The notes below the pieces were generated by a model. The model was not told the DNA's origin. It saw only the letters and a list, made by a program, of their open reading frames with translations, and searched no databases. A stretch of 53,126 bases of DNA, counting the filler, from Catajapyx aquilonaris (lineage: Eukaryota), in the NCBI GenBank assembly GCA_000934665.2. It is 2 parts of 2 records of this genome, joined end to end, with 100 filler letters (N's around TTAATTAATTAA, not from the genome) between each part and the next. Parts side by side here need not be neighbours in the genome. Positions count along the whole stretch, not along the records: positions 1 to 26,311 come from JYFJ02005223.1; 1 more part is not named here. One strand, written 5' to 3'. Of the stretch, positions 13,270 through 26,411 are shown one piece after another (within the stretch, counting starts at the first letter, position 1; each line of letters starts with the position of its first letter). Position numbers and translations under genes: made by a program.

Positions 13270-15849
13270 CTGCAAAACAACCAGAGCAAGGAAGGGTCAA
13301 GGCAGGGTGCCAGCAGCTAGGGCTCTCCAACCCTCAGACAGACTTCACAGGGAATCATGCTACAGTTACATCCTCTTCTCATTCTATTCTAAGACATATC
13401 AACCACAATTTAATAGATAATCCTGCATTTTTGTCACATTGTGAGAAGTTTTCAAAGTTGATAGATTTTCGCCCAAGCTGACACGCTTAGACGTTGGCAA
13501 GTTCATTGTCTTATTTCCACAGCCCACATGTCTACTTGGCTTAGTCTTATTCAAAGTTGAGTGGTGATCAGGAGTGCACCTCAAAGCCATAGCCTTAAGG
13601 TCTCTCTTTTGTGGCCTTTATAGGGACAAGTACGCCAATTTCTTGGGCATAAAAGCAACCTGAAACTTCCTTTGTGGCTTCCAGAGATAGGTTCCCATTA
13701 TATCTTTGGTAGATTACAATGAGTTCTCTTAGCTAATACTTGAAGCAGGCCAGAAATTTTTTTCTTTGGTCTGGCAACCAAAGTCGATATGCATATCTTG
13801 AAGAAGAGGTTTTGGCTTTTGTTATTCAGGTATAACGATAGTAATTGGTAACCGCTCAATATCAATTAGAATCTTGTTATAACCTACGACAAAATAACTT
13901 GTTAGAATCTCCATTAGAATTGTACGATACAGTTTTATCATCTTCCGAGGAACATATGCGAAAGTCCCAGCAGTTACTTCATGTGAAGTGGTCAAGACTG
14001 CATTATTTTGTGACATAATGTTGCAAAGTGGCTTGACTTCAAAACACGCATTCCCAATATTGATCCCATTCTTCACATGGCGTGGTCTATTTAGAAAACC
14101 CATCATAGCTTTAAATGCAAATAAGACTCAATTAACAATTCACAAAAAAGGCCTTGATTTCCACTGAGAATAGAAAATCCCTCCTCGTATTGCTCTTTCA
14201 GCTATAGAAAAAATGAGCCAATTAAGACTCGACAACGGAGGTAATCTTTTCCTAATGCTGTACAGTACAATGTACCACATGTTTTACAGAAGGAGATATG
14301 TGCTTCTTGAAAAGCCTTTCCCTAGAGCATAGATTAGCTACTACAACATATCTCCATAACAGTAATATATTTGTATACACCACAATACTACAGTATAGCA
14401 AAACGCAAGATTAGTGCAGATTATAATCGCAGTATAAAATCACGCTTCTATTTTAATATTTGTCTGTAAAGGCTTTCCCGGCCCACGTGATCGACATTCC
14501 ATCATGTAACAGGCGCCGGTACACAGTGCACTTGGAGCACATAAAAATTAGCCGTGTTGTTGCGTTTAATTTGCTTAATGACGCACAGTAAACGAGATGC
14601 AAACAGCGTCAATAAGTTATCAAATGCAGGGTTGAAACAGGCTGAGCGCCAAAATAGATCGACAGGAGCTGCGGGACTAGAGAATTAAAGACCTGCTCAA
14701 ATATTTCGGTGTTTCATCGTTGCTACATTGTGAAGCCTCTTCTTTTCCTGACAACTGGGCAGCTAACCCTCATCATTCTTCACGAAAAGAGACAGCCCCG
14801 AGGAAGAGTGAAAAATGCGGTGCACAAAGCAGGCATTTTGCTTGCCTTTTATGCTCTTGATGGATTTATTCTGCAACCATGGACAGTTGGCCAACTCCTG
14901 AAGGCAACCCCCTTCCCTTTTTTAAAAAAACCCCCACCGAACAACCCCTCCACTTTATGCAGCTACTTATTTGTCCTAATTTCATTCTTAAAACCTGCCA
15001 GAGGCATTGATGGCAATTGACAAAGGAGCTTTTCTGACTATGGCGATGATGAACGAGACCGGCTGACTGAATAAGGGTATAGAAAGTTGGCGGCTCGGAA
15101 GATAACTTGTTTTCCATTATGCCGCCTGCCACGTCTGGTTTAGCCCACCGCCTTTACGGCAGAGATGACACCAATTACGTGATCCTTTTTTAGTGTGTAC
15201 ACCGCACATGTAGGCCAGAGGCTACGTGGTTTTCGGCAAAGTCGAAAAACTCATGGAGAGTTGGATGACTGTGCAAAAAAAGGCCAGGATATTCTTTGTG
15301 CGTTTGATAGCAAACAGGCTCCATTTTTTGTCATTTTCTCTAAAAAAGAGAGAAAATCCGGCTGTCATTGATTCTCTCTTTGGTTCGATGGCGAATTCCG
15401 CCCCAGTTGCCTCCCCCAAAAGATCTCTGCATTTGTGCCGGTAGTTGAAACCCGGTTCTATTTTCCCTGGCTCTGGCAGTGTCTCTGGAAGTGCAGGAAA
15501 AGACAGGCCCACAAGCTAGCATTAACAGGGAAGTGTGCCTCTCCTCTCCCTCCCTCACACACACACACACACATGTACCCCACCATCCCCACACCCTGCT
15601 CGCACTCTCCACATTAGTCGGACCGCAAACAAGCCAATCCGTGTGACAGGGTGATCCAGAGCGTGACTATCATTCTGTATGAAGCTGACGGGTTGAAAAG
15701 GTCGCAGGTGGGGTCTCCCATCGCTTCAATCCACACCAGCCCGGGAGGTCATACCCCCGTGTCCGGACCTCACCGCACGCTGTACTCTATACACAGTGCG
15801 AGTAACGTCGAGGAGAAAAATTCGATTCCCAAATAGCATGGTTAGATTT

Positions 15850-16114
15850 CAAAGCGAGTGGAAGACCCTGAAACTTGGTCCATCCTGGTCTGTTATAGCA
15901 ACCTTGCCAGACACTCTGGTTCGTCGGTTAGTATAATCAACAGGGGGTCAAATCCTCGCGTGTTACACGTTCCAGGACTGGAGGAGTATGTACGTAACTC
16001 GGAGATGTAGTTGCTGGGGGAAAAAATAGTTGCCATGCCATAACGGACATCTAGATAGGTGGTTAATTTTAGATGAGGTCTACCGTTCGAAAGAGTGGCA
16101 CACAAGGGCACTAG
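15850..16114 (+). mobile_element. Possible non-autonomous Helitron remnant
   Basis: Contains ctgaaacttgg (also at 36657) and ends in a weak hairpin followed by CTAG|T at 16111-16115. The left boundary is not defined. Confidence 0.25.
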
Positions 16115-16713
16115 TCTATTATAAGAAGTAGTGGAATAGGTAAAATGCGTGGCTCTTAATATAGCGCGGGCCTCGAATAATTATGATTCATAAGTATTGC
16201 ATGCAGAATAAAAATGGAGACGAAATTTGAGTAACTCTCAGAGTCAGAATTATTTTCAGATTGGTCTCCTTTTTTATTTGAAGACGTTACGGAAAAAGAC
16301 CATGCTTGTAGGGGCTTACATCATAAAGCAAATAAAGGAACCGTTCCGAATGCCCAAAACAGCCGGGACAATAACGTAGTTTATTATTATCATAATTATC
16401 GATCCTTGCAAACTCATATAAGTAAACGGTTTAATAATGGCATTAAAGCCTGTAGGCTTACCGCCCTGGGCTTCTATTAGTGATGATAAGGGACAAAAAG
16501 GGTGACATTCTTCGAAATTAAACAGTTCGCCATGTGCTGTTTGCTGTGTAAGCCATACCGTTACGTTTATCTGGTCGTTGGTTCCCAAAATCACACTTCA
16601 TCAGCACTGAAAGACAGTGCGTTTGACGACAGTGTGGGTTTTAGATGACGTTGTAGTGACAAAAACTATACATCTACGTCAGAAAATATACTTTAAATGA
16701 AATGTTAAAATAC

Positions 16714-16924
16714 TTTATAATTGATATATTTTAAGGAGGTTGGCCCAGCATTGCCTTTCAACCTCCAAGGATAGGGAAGGAAGGAAGCAACCCCGGAATT
16801 ATCCTAGAAAGACCGTGGAAACCCACAGAAAACCACAGTCAAGGTTGCCGGCCCCGGGATTCGAACCCAGGACCTCCCGATTAGCAGTCGGACGCCTTAT
16901 CCACTATGCCAACCTGCTTCGGTT
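16714..16924 (-). mobile_element. tRNA-derived SINE with target-site duplication
   Basis: Minus strand has an A box TGGCATAGTGG, an anticodon-like arm TCCGA-CTGCTAA-TCGGG and a B box GGTTCGAATCC, but no paired acceptor stem. A non-tRNA body follows (ggttttctgtgggtttcc), then a 3' hairpin GGAGGTTG...CAACCTCC and an AT-rich tail. A 13-bp direct repeat AATGTTAAAATAC lies at 16701-16713 and 16925-16937. Confidence 0.88.
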
Positions 16925-19900
16925 AATGTTAAAATACAGTGTAATATTTTATTATCCCATTTGAATCATTTTGTACATAGAACTAATAATAATTCTAGGC
17001 AATTAACGAACTTATATTTTCAAAACTCAATATAATTATGGAATTGCGATCTTTACTGACCTCTCCACCAATGAAACCATCTGACTGTAAGCATGTTGCA
17101 CAACTGCCATTGCAACAGAAAAATCACTATTAATAATGCCCCTCATTATAGCTTCCATCAACACCATTTACTATTCTATAGTTGTCTAGTAATTGGGTAT
17201 TCTGTAAATGATCTCTATTCTACCATTGACGCCATCTACCAAAAGAAGAAAACTAAGACGCACGGATGACTCCCATTTTTTCCTTCCTGAAACATCTCGA
17301 TCAGCAGCTCCAAAGACTGAGAACTCTGCCAATTCCCATCAAGCCGACTCGGCCGTTTAAGCAGCCATCCGAGGTGATAAAGAAGGGAATCAGAGCCGGA
17401 GCATGGCGCGGCAGAAGCAAATATCTTCTCAACCCCTTCCTCCCACTACTCAAGGAGGCCCAGTACAAAGCGATACCTTAGAATAGCCCCCACCCTCCCC
17501 CACCCTCTTTTTTTTTCTATCCAGCTCTTTTCTTCTCTTGCACTCTACTCCTCCTCCTCTCCCCAGCGATTCTGGAATGGGTTTGGCTGAGGGCGGACGG
17601 TGATGGACGGTGGACATTATGACATTGGACTTGGCAAGGCTTTTGGCAGCGGGTGGCCGAAGGGAAGAAGTGAGAAGCCGAGGGAAGATGGATGCGGCCG
17701 GCGGCGCTCCAGGCCCAGACCGACATGACAGCCTGCCGAGAGGAATTGTTGCGGTGCGCTGCGCATTGGCAAGCAGGGTCTCTAGAGGTCGACCTACATC
17801 CCCCCAACTCCTGGACCCCTTCCTCAACCACCTACTACCTCAAACTTACCCGTTACCACCGTTCACATCGAAGGCATTGATCTACCAAAGACATCAACTG
17901 TTATTGCCCGCTGTAAAGGGCGTCTGTGGGAAGGGGAATGCCCAGTGGGCCCGCTCGTACCTCGCATTAATCCTTGCATGTCAAAGTCGGCACTGTAGAC
18001 GTGCTTGTTCCAGGGCGTTGCATTAGTTTAATTTCTCTGGTATTACAACCTCCAACCGATCAGTGAATAATTGGAGGAATTAATGAAGAAACAGAAAAGG
18101 TCATCAAGTGTGTCTCCATTTTGTGTGTACATTCAAAGAATTTAAAGATCAATATAAATCATAACGACAATTTACAATGTTCCATCTAGAAATAAGTCAT
18201 TCTTGGTGGTAATCTGCTTAGTGACCAAATATCAGTAAGATTTTACATTCGCCAAGCGACAAGAGGAGTCAGAAAACGTCAGGTGATAACTTGTACCAAC
18301 ATCCTATGGCAAGAGGAGCCTTGAAGTGGCACGCTAACCCGGCACAGGGCTGTGCAAACTTTCCAAAAACTCCCAAATTAGGAAGAAATGCATGTGTCTG
18401 TGAGAGGTTGTAATTTAACGTAAGTATGGAAAGCAATGTAGCACATCCCATCGCACGGTGATTCATCCTGAGAAGATATAATCCCAACTCTTCCACTGCC
18501 TAGAGCATCGTCCGATTTCATTTACTATCGTCTAATTAGCCACCATAAACATATATGTATAGAAAGAAACCTGAATTCACTGTGGATTAAATCATTTTTT
18601 CATTACATTCATTAAAAAGTGACCGCCAATATATCTGGAATGACTCGGGCCCATTGCTCGGGCCTATAGGACTGCTAACCTCGGGCAGATCTGGCTGTTG
18701 TGATATGTAGACCCATCTTCCTGCAGCATAGAGAAAAAGCACAAAGCCCACGTTCTGCATAGCAACAGTTTGGACTAATCCATGTGGTGTCCGGAACAAG
18801 TCCAGCGTCACGCCGAAGCGACAGGTTTATCTCATAACAGGCGCCTCGATCATCCGGCTTTTCGCCGGAGTTTGTCTGTTTCAATCAAGATTAACATAGG
18901 GTTCGGGCTCTGATAATTATTGTGGCAGGCTTGACACCTCTGTAATTGGAGCATTCGAGTCCATTTGCAACCAGTTGTATTTTTGTCACGATGATCCACC
19001 CAGATCCACTCGGTCATTAGGAAGTATACAGGCGCCGCCATAAAAAAAATCGTTGGAGTTATGTTTACAAGCGGTGCGTTGCATCGTATCATCAAATAAC
19101 AATGGGCGTACAAAAAGAGAGAATGATTCGTTACAATGATATTTTAATTTCAACCTAGTGCAGCTAATCCAAACCAAAAGTGGCTGCAGGGTAATCCAAT
19201 TATTATTATGGCTGTAGCAGTCTCAACGAACTGTATAGTAATATGGCTTGTTGGTTAAAAAGAACTGTAAATAAATCCCTGCATATTAATTAAGCCAGTC
19301 ATCAGGAAGTACAGCCAATTAAATTGGCGGCAATGAAATCGAACCATATCCTAATCGAGCTCAATTTGGTCACGATTCAAATATTCCAATCAGATCGATT
19401 GGAAGGGCCTCCAAACTTCCGCGTCATATGAAATGGTGCATGAAATTGGCTCATGCATTTCTTATGTCATGTTGGCTGCCTTCATTGCAACTGCACGGCT
19501 GGTTCGGGGGTACGGCAGACGAGGAGAGAGGAAGAGAAGCTTACTTCTTGGGCAGGGAAGTGCTTTCAATCGCACTGGGAAGGAAGGAAAGAATTACTCG
19601 GCCTTCCTCAACGAGTTCCACATGCCTCTTGGCACTGCCAGTGAAATGGAAATCTCGATTCGCCACCACGCCCAGCGAAAAAGCCAATCATAAATTAGTA
19701 TAACAATGGATGCCCTTCATCCTTTCTTCGCCAGAGAACAGCTTTGGTCTGTCGGAAGCGACTGGAACGGAACTGAGAAACGCCTTGAATTTGATCCGCC
19801 TCAAGACTCTTCTTCGCTTCTAAAGCGCAATTCCTGATATAGCCTACTCCTGCGGAACAGAGTGGAATATACCCCTCAAGAACTACCCGCATTTTCACGC

Positions 19901-22900
19901 CCGCCAACTTTTGCCTCCAAACGATCCATTGGATCAAGCGATGGCTCCTCAATATCACAACCGTCATGATTCTCGCAAACAAGATCTACAAGGGAAGGTA
20001 CAAAAAGCGTGAGGCCCAGTTGTTACATCGGCTGACTAATCCGGCATACAACAGGTCGTCATAGAGTTAAGTTATTAACTATACGCACGTGGCAACGGAA
20101 TTGTATTTTTTCCCCCAGAGCGTGGACGCCAATTACAAAATCAATGCCACACAGGGGCTTTGGTGAGCCTTTGTGTTATACTTTAATCACCAAATCAACT
20201 TTGATGTGGATATGGCAATCAGTTTTCCAGTTTGATGCCTAAACTTGTCAAACGTTGCCCAATTATACTACGTAATTTTGTTGTTTTTTCCTCTCCAAAT
20301 AACATAGTATGCAAATATTACAAACCCGATGAATCGCTGTGGATGATGGTTTTCTAGGAGCTAAAGGAAGAAGAGGGGAGCTTTGGTGAAACACCAACAA
20401 CGATATGGTCTACACATTCACGATTCCCATCAAGAGCATGGTATCCTACATTTCCTTCGACTTACAAGGTCCCATGCAGCGAGGATCAGCCCTATATCTT
20501 CACCATCCTTCAATATCCACCTACTCTGGGCTTCAGATGGGGAGGATGTGGGGAGTAAGGAGGGATATGTTTGGGGGAAGATCAGCAAGCTATAAAGGGA
20601 GGGTGAAATCGCCCTTCTTGTTCGGCTTCCAAAGGCTGAAGCCCAGAGCTCCGCGTCAAAAACTCTGCACAAGCGGAAATGCTGCGGTCTTTTCATCGAA
20701 AAAAAGGGAGGGGAGTAGGTGGAGGTGGGAGGTTGGTGGGAGTAAAAAAAATATGAGATGGTCATGGAGAGAAAAAAAGGGGGGAAACCTCCTTTTGCTC
20801 CCATCTCCTGCCCCATTTCACCAATGATGAAGGCCTATTCAAGCCCCAGGATGCGGCCTATTCTGTTTACTTCCAATCGGGGGTTCGTATAAATTCCGGA
20901 TGGAACCGAAAGCTGGCCTCCACCTTTGGGTCTCTGGCACCAACTTTTTCCCTCTCTAAAAATGTGAAATGCTGCGACTGAAGAAACCCATCCTACCGTA
21001 ATTTTCTTCTCGTGAGGTCAAGAAAAGGTGGACAAAAAATTGCCTCAATAGTACAAGGCATGACAAAATGCAGGCTGATAGGAAATCTCAATATCAATGC
21101 AACGTTATTAGGTGCGCAGAAGCCCTAGAAGAAAAAAAAAATACCGTCTACCTACGCCTATTCACCGAGGACATGATAAGTCTCTTCACATCGTGGAGAT
21201 TTCGAGTGGAACGATTTTCTTAAAGAAATACCTGGAGCTGTTCCATATCTGAAGACTCGGGAAGGAAATATTAATGTGACACCCAGCATCAAAATACGCT
21301 TTGAAAATATCCACGCTTCTTCCAAGTGAAGAATGACACCAGGAGATGAGCTCTTATTTTCAAGGCATGTGTCAAGAGCAAGTGCTTTTTCCTGTGCTGC
21401 TTATTCTGAACAAGTGAGAAAAGATGAGGTAAGCCTGATGGCGCACCTTTTGGTTGAATATTAACCAACGTGATTCTTATCCAATAATATTGATGATCAG
21501 CTTGACAAATCCCATATTATTAGGGATGTTATCTAGGAAGAAGTGACATGTTTAATTTTAATTATGTAATTAGACACTGAACTAATTTATTGCACTATAG
21601 AATGATACCGCCGTTGTTTGTTAGGTTATAGTCTTGTTCGTAAACGATGTACAAATAAGCCTGCGCATTCAGTTATTTCCGGCTTCTTTCACCAAACTTT
21701 AATATCCGTTCTCCGCCTCCTAATTTCATTGCTGGAGGTAAAAGAAAAATAAATAAAAAATCCAATTTGAGCCCGGATGACAGTGTATACACAAAGAAAT
21801 CCCGGAGGTACAAAAAAGCGAAACTTCAAAAATTGCTGAACCTATACGCCTGCATTAATTCGCTCAGAGCACATCTTATACTAACTAAGGCAAGTTCAAT
21901 GAACAGTGAGTATGTAAAGATTTCTGTCCGTGTATCGCACTGTGGAGGAAAACAGTTTGGCTGAAACACGTTTCACCCGATCGGCTGAGAGATCGTCACA
22001 TCAAATCGTTCCCAACTCACCCACCTCCTTCTCCTCTTTCTTCCTCCACACCTACCCCAATTTCCCAACCTCCCATCTTCGCCAATCTCTTCCTTCCTTG
22101 GCACTTGGTTAGAAAGTTGCTGGCAATCAAGACTCCTGCTGAGGGAGCTAATGGAACCAGTTTGCCGAGCGTCTTTGAGGGGTGCCAGGTGATTGGCCAT
22201 AATTGGCTTTGTCGCTGCAAACATTCCATTCCCTTCCCTGGGATTCTGTACGCTACAGTCAAACCTGGAGGAATCAACCACCCACTACCGAACCCTCCCA
22301 ACACCCAATCTCCCTCCTATGCTTTCCACTGTTTCTCCTGCCCAATGCACCGAAATGACTCGAATCAGGGGGGAAAATTCCCAGTAAACTTTTTGAAAGT
22401 GAGTGAGCTCCATTGTCTCCTACTTTTTGTTCAGAGAGCCTGCAAACGATCCTTGGTGGAAAAGCAGAAAGAATTGGGAGAGAAATCTTCCGTGATCTTT
22501 TGCCATTTGATGCAATTGGTGAGCCCAAGTTTGGAACTGAAAGTATTTCCACTGAACTAGACTGCACATGACATCCATTCTGTACGCAACGCCATTTATT
22601 TGCGTGAGCATAATAATATTTCTTGCGGAAACTATTCAAAAACCTTTGTATCATGAGCCGAGATTCTTTAGACTGTTCGTGTGAGAGTAGTCATAACGCG
22701 CAATTTGTACGCTACGTAAGTACTATAGGATGTTGAATGGTTTCTTCTTGCACTCTCGCAATACAATCTTGGTCACATTTTTTGTCTGGACCACAGTTAG
22801 AGTCACGATGACTGAAGCTATCATCATATTAATATTTTTCTTTGACCTTGCCTGTCAGTGAAATAGAAAGGCCTATGGATTTTTCTCAACAATGTTTAGA

Positions 22901-25900
22901 AATTAAAATCTAAAAAAATAATCTTGCAATAATAGGATAGCAGTTGTAATCAATGCGAATGATTATGTTCCATAATGGGTTTCCCGTGCAGGCAGGTGTA
23001 CGAGACACCTTTGACAGAATGAGGACTTTGACCATTATTGTCTAGCGTTTGGCGACTTGATTAGCACCGGCACACAGAGAGGACTGTGGCTAACACTAAT
23101 ACGATTCGTGCTAATTATTCTACCATGTCAAAATTGCATCACGCTGATGTTTCGCCCACCTTAATTACAAGCATTAGCGTCAGAGTAATTTTAGCACATG
23201 TTAGTTAAACCAGCCATGATTATGTAGATTCTCTTCAAATAATTCTTGGGCAGAAAGCCCGACTACGCCAATTAAATCAGAACAAGGGGTAATGAAAATT
23301 GCGGAAATTATTCCAAAAGTCATTAATATTACGGAAAGGACTACTGCTAGAAGCAGGTTAAAACAAATTCGGAACCACAGTGCCACGATATAATTACGCG
23401 CATTGACTCGTTAGCGACAAACATGAAATTTTCTTGGTTTGTGCTCGGCTTCTTTGATCTCTAATACTATTAAGAATAGATTCCGTTCGAGGAATATTCT
23501 CATCATCCTTCGGACAAACGACCAAACATGGTGATTACACTCGTTCCTGGTAATCAGTGAGATGGCAATCTACTTGACATGGGCACACAAGTCAATGCAT
23601 GAACTGTCTGTGAAATATTCTTGATTTAGCTAGGTTTTCCGCCAGACCTCTTTTCCAGAGATGAAATATTATTTCCGGAGGACTGTGCATTCAAAATTGA
23701 ATTAACAGTCTCCTGCTGCCTACTTCGATATAAATTCCATTCTCTTTTAATTACAAGAGCTTGCCTTTGCCATCTTCCTCCTTACTGCTATGATTTCAAT
23801 TATACCTGCAGTGCGAAATAAAGAAAGGTGATTGGACGCTCCTTCTGGAATAATCCCTCACTGGGTACCTTCTACAGTAATTAACGACCATCGGAAATGA
23901 CTCTCCAAGTGTTCCTTTCTCCAAATTCCAGTATCCAATTTTTCACAGCCCCCCACCCCCCTTTCCATCCTTTTTCTCACGGTATCCAAAAAGAACATTT
24001 TCTTCACTCACTGCAAATCTGGCAAAATGGGGGAACAGGGAAGGATGCGTCCGCCCGCTAAACCATCAAGATTAAGCGTCTCCTACAAATTCAGACGTTA
24101 GAGTCTTAATCAAGTCATTTTTCACCTCCACCGGCCAGGCATCTGATTTGCGAATGAGAAGGATAATTTATAATGAATCGAGTTCCCCTCTCCACCCTCC
24201 TCTTCTGCCGTCTTTTACACTTTGTGCAAATCCGAATCAGACAGATTTTCCGAAAGGTTCACGCCCTCCATTTTGAAAAAAAAGGGTAGCTTATTAACGA
24301 TGCAGTCCAACGCTGCTATCTTGCTGCGTAGACATGTAGGGTGGCAACAAAGGGGGCCAAGGACTGGGGCAATTTTGTTCCGAGTTATTGAATCCACAAT
24401 TCGTGCTCACCCGAACGATCCAATGGCGACATATGAGCAATAGCATGGGGTTTGCATGGGGGAGGAAGGGGGTGGTTGGCAATTCTCTTGTGGACCGTCA
24501 CCCACGCGTGCATCCGCCCATATCAGGCAGCACACAACCGGCACGCACATTCATATTATGCCCCCACCCCCCACCCCATTCAGAAACATGCATACAAATC
24601 CAGGACATATACTGCACGTCCATCCATCATGTTTCAGCTTGTATCAATGGTGAAGTCATTAGCGGCGAATCCCGCGGGGGTCCAAGTATGGTTCATTGAG
24701 CACAAGCTGCTCATTTCAACATAATAAATTTTAATCTGCACTAGAACAGTCCATTTCACTACACGTTCCGCTCGCCGTCGCCCATTTTCAAAGCGGACAG
24801 TGGAGCTGAAATAATTCAAAATACTTCTCAAGTGGTCGCCATACTTGGCACCAGCCACAATTTCCAACCTTATATCAGTATCGTATGAATAATTTCAGGA
24901 TGCTGCAGGTTTCATTAATGTAGTGCTGCACACATCTTGAGTCTATAGTTTTTGCAAGCCCAGCAGGATAGGGTTATCGATATGCACTAGTCTTCCAGCA
25001 GAGTCTGGAAATGCGGGCGTATTAATGCAAAATCCCTGCTCGCTGGGTGGCAAAACCCAGGCCGAAAATAAAAGCAGGGAGAGTAGGATTTAAAAAACAA
25101 TCCTCGCTAACGAAACCATGACGGTCTCTTTTTCGGGGGGAAGCATTTTTACAGGCCCCTCGACAAAACTGCGAGGGGGGAGATCCGGCCTAATTCTGCA
25201 GGAGAAGCCAGAGGAAGTTTCATTTCCGCCTCCAAATACTGGCGAGGAGCACTTTGGATTCTATCAAGCGAGCGGCTGCACCAGCCACTCTCTGACGGCT
25301 TAACAATACAGCCCATGATGTGTTGCTCTACCAGATGACTCGGAAATGCACGCTCTCCCATCCCTCTCTTTCCCATTCCACCCCGTTCCCTTACTATGCA
25401 CAGAACAGTAGGAAAATGAAAGATTGAGACCCATTCTTCCCTACTCGTATAACGGATGTCACTGCAGTTACGCCCATCCTAAATCGCATCCAGAAAAGTG
25501 GCAACCCTGAGATGCGCGCGCAACGATCATTTGGCGGGAACAAACACTTCTTTCCGTTAGATGTATCAAAGCTTCTGATGGGCTAATTAGCGCTTGAGAT
25601 GTCTGCTCACACAGCGAACTTTAGAAGCTCTATTTTACTTGTAAAAGAAGTGATTGTGTTCAAAAATGGTTTAATTTCTAATTTATTTTATTGCCAGGAC
25701 ACAAATCATGCGATTTTCCCTTGCGGACACTGAGTTTACACGGACATATCTGCTGTTCTCCGCCGAGTCAAAGTTTAACATCCGAGGCTTTTTAAAATGA
25801 ATGGTAGACGAGGTTGATGCCATGCAATGTTGTCAGGTGGCTGATTCAACTCGAAGATTCCTATCGCGGTTCATGACCTCAACGGCGACACGAAAGTGGT

Positions 25901-26311
25901 CGATGGCACTAGTTTCATGCTAATTGAGTCCTGCCTGTCTCACGTGTGAACGACACCAAGAGGAATCTTCTTGCAAGTCCCTACTTCAAAAGCCCTCTTT
26001 CCTTATCCCCACCCCCGCTCCACCCCCTTCTCTGCTACTTTGATATTGGCCTTACTTTCCAAAGAGCCGGCTCTGCGCTACATTCCNCCAGATTATAATT
26101 TAGGCCGATGAATTATTAATTACTTGGCTCCCTTTTAGCGATTACGGCCAATAACACACCGTTTGACGTGACTCATATTTTATTTATGCGCCAAGTTGCG
26201 AACTTGGTACAGTAACACTTTTCCCCTCAGTCATTCCTGAATAGGCACATTGTGTACTGTACACGGCGGTAACAATACACCCTCATTGAACCCCCTGCCA
26301 CCCCGACACCA

Positions 26312-26411
26312 NNNNNNNNNNNNNNNNNNNNNNNNNNNNNNNNNNNNNNNNNNNNTTAATTAATTAANNNNNNNNNNNNNNNNNNNNNNNNNNNNNNNNN
26401 NNNNNNNNNNN
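26312..26411. other. Artificial assembly spacer N44-TTAATTAATTAA-N44
   Basis: Exactly 100 nt and symmetric. The central 12-mer (26356-26367) gives stop codons in all six frames, as contig-joining linkers do. Confidence 0.95.

Noticed and set aside
13270..13330. N-terminal extension MESPSCWHPALTLPCSGCFA of the Ig ORF
   Set aside because: It lies upstream of a canonical acceptor (ttgttttgcag) and starts at a non-ATG codon, so it is intron read-through.
16845..16920. Functional tRNA-Ser(GCT) gene
   Set aside because: There is no paired acceptor stem and no long variable arm, and the sequence continues into a SINE body bounded by a TSD.
17450..18026. GC-rich overlapping ORFs of 104-138 aa
   Set aside because: No recognisable domain or consistent pair of splice sites; open frames on both strands are expected from the local GC content.
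24985..24997. 13-nt match to the 5' end of miR-7 (TGGAAGACTAGTG, minus strand) next to a DRE TATCGATA
   Set aside because: The match stops after 13 nt and there is no complementary arm to form a precursor hairpin.
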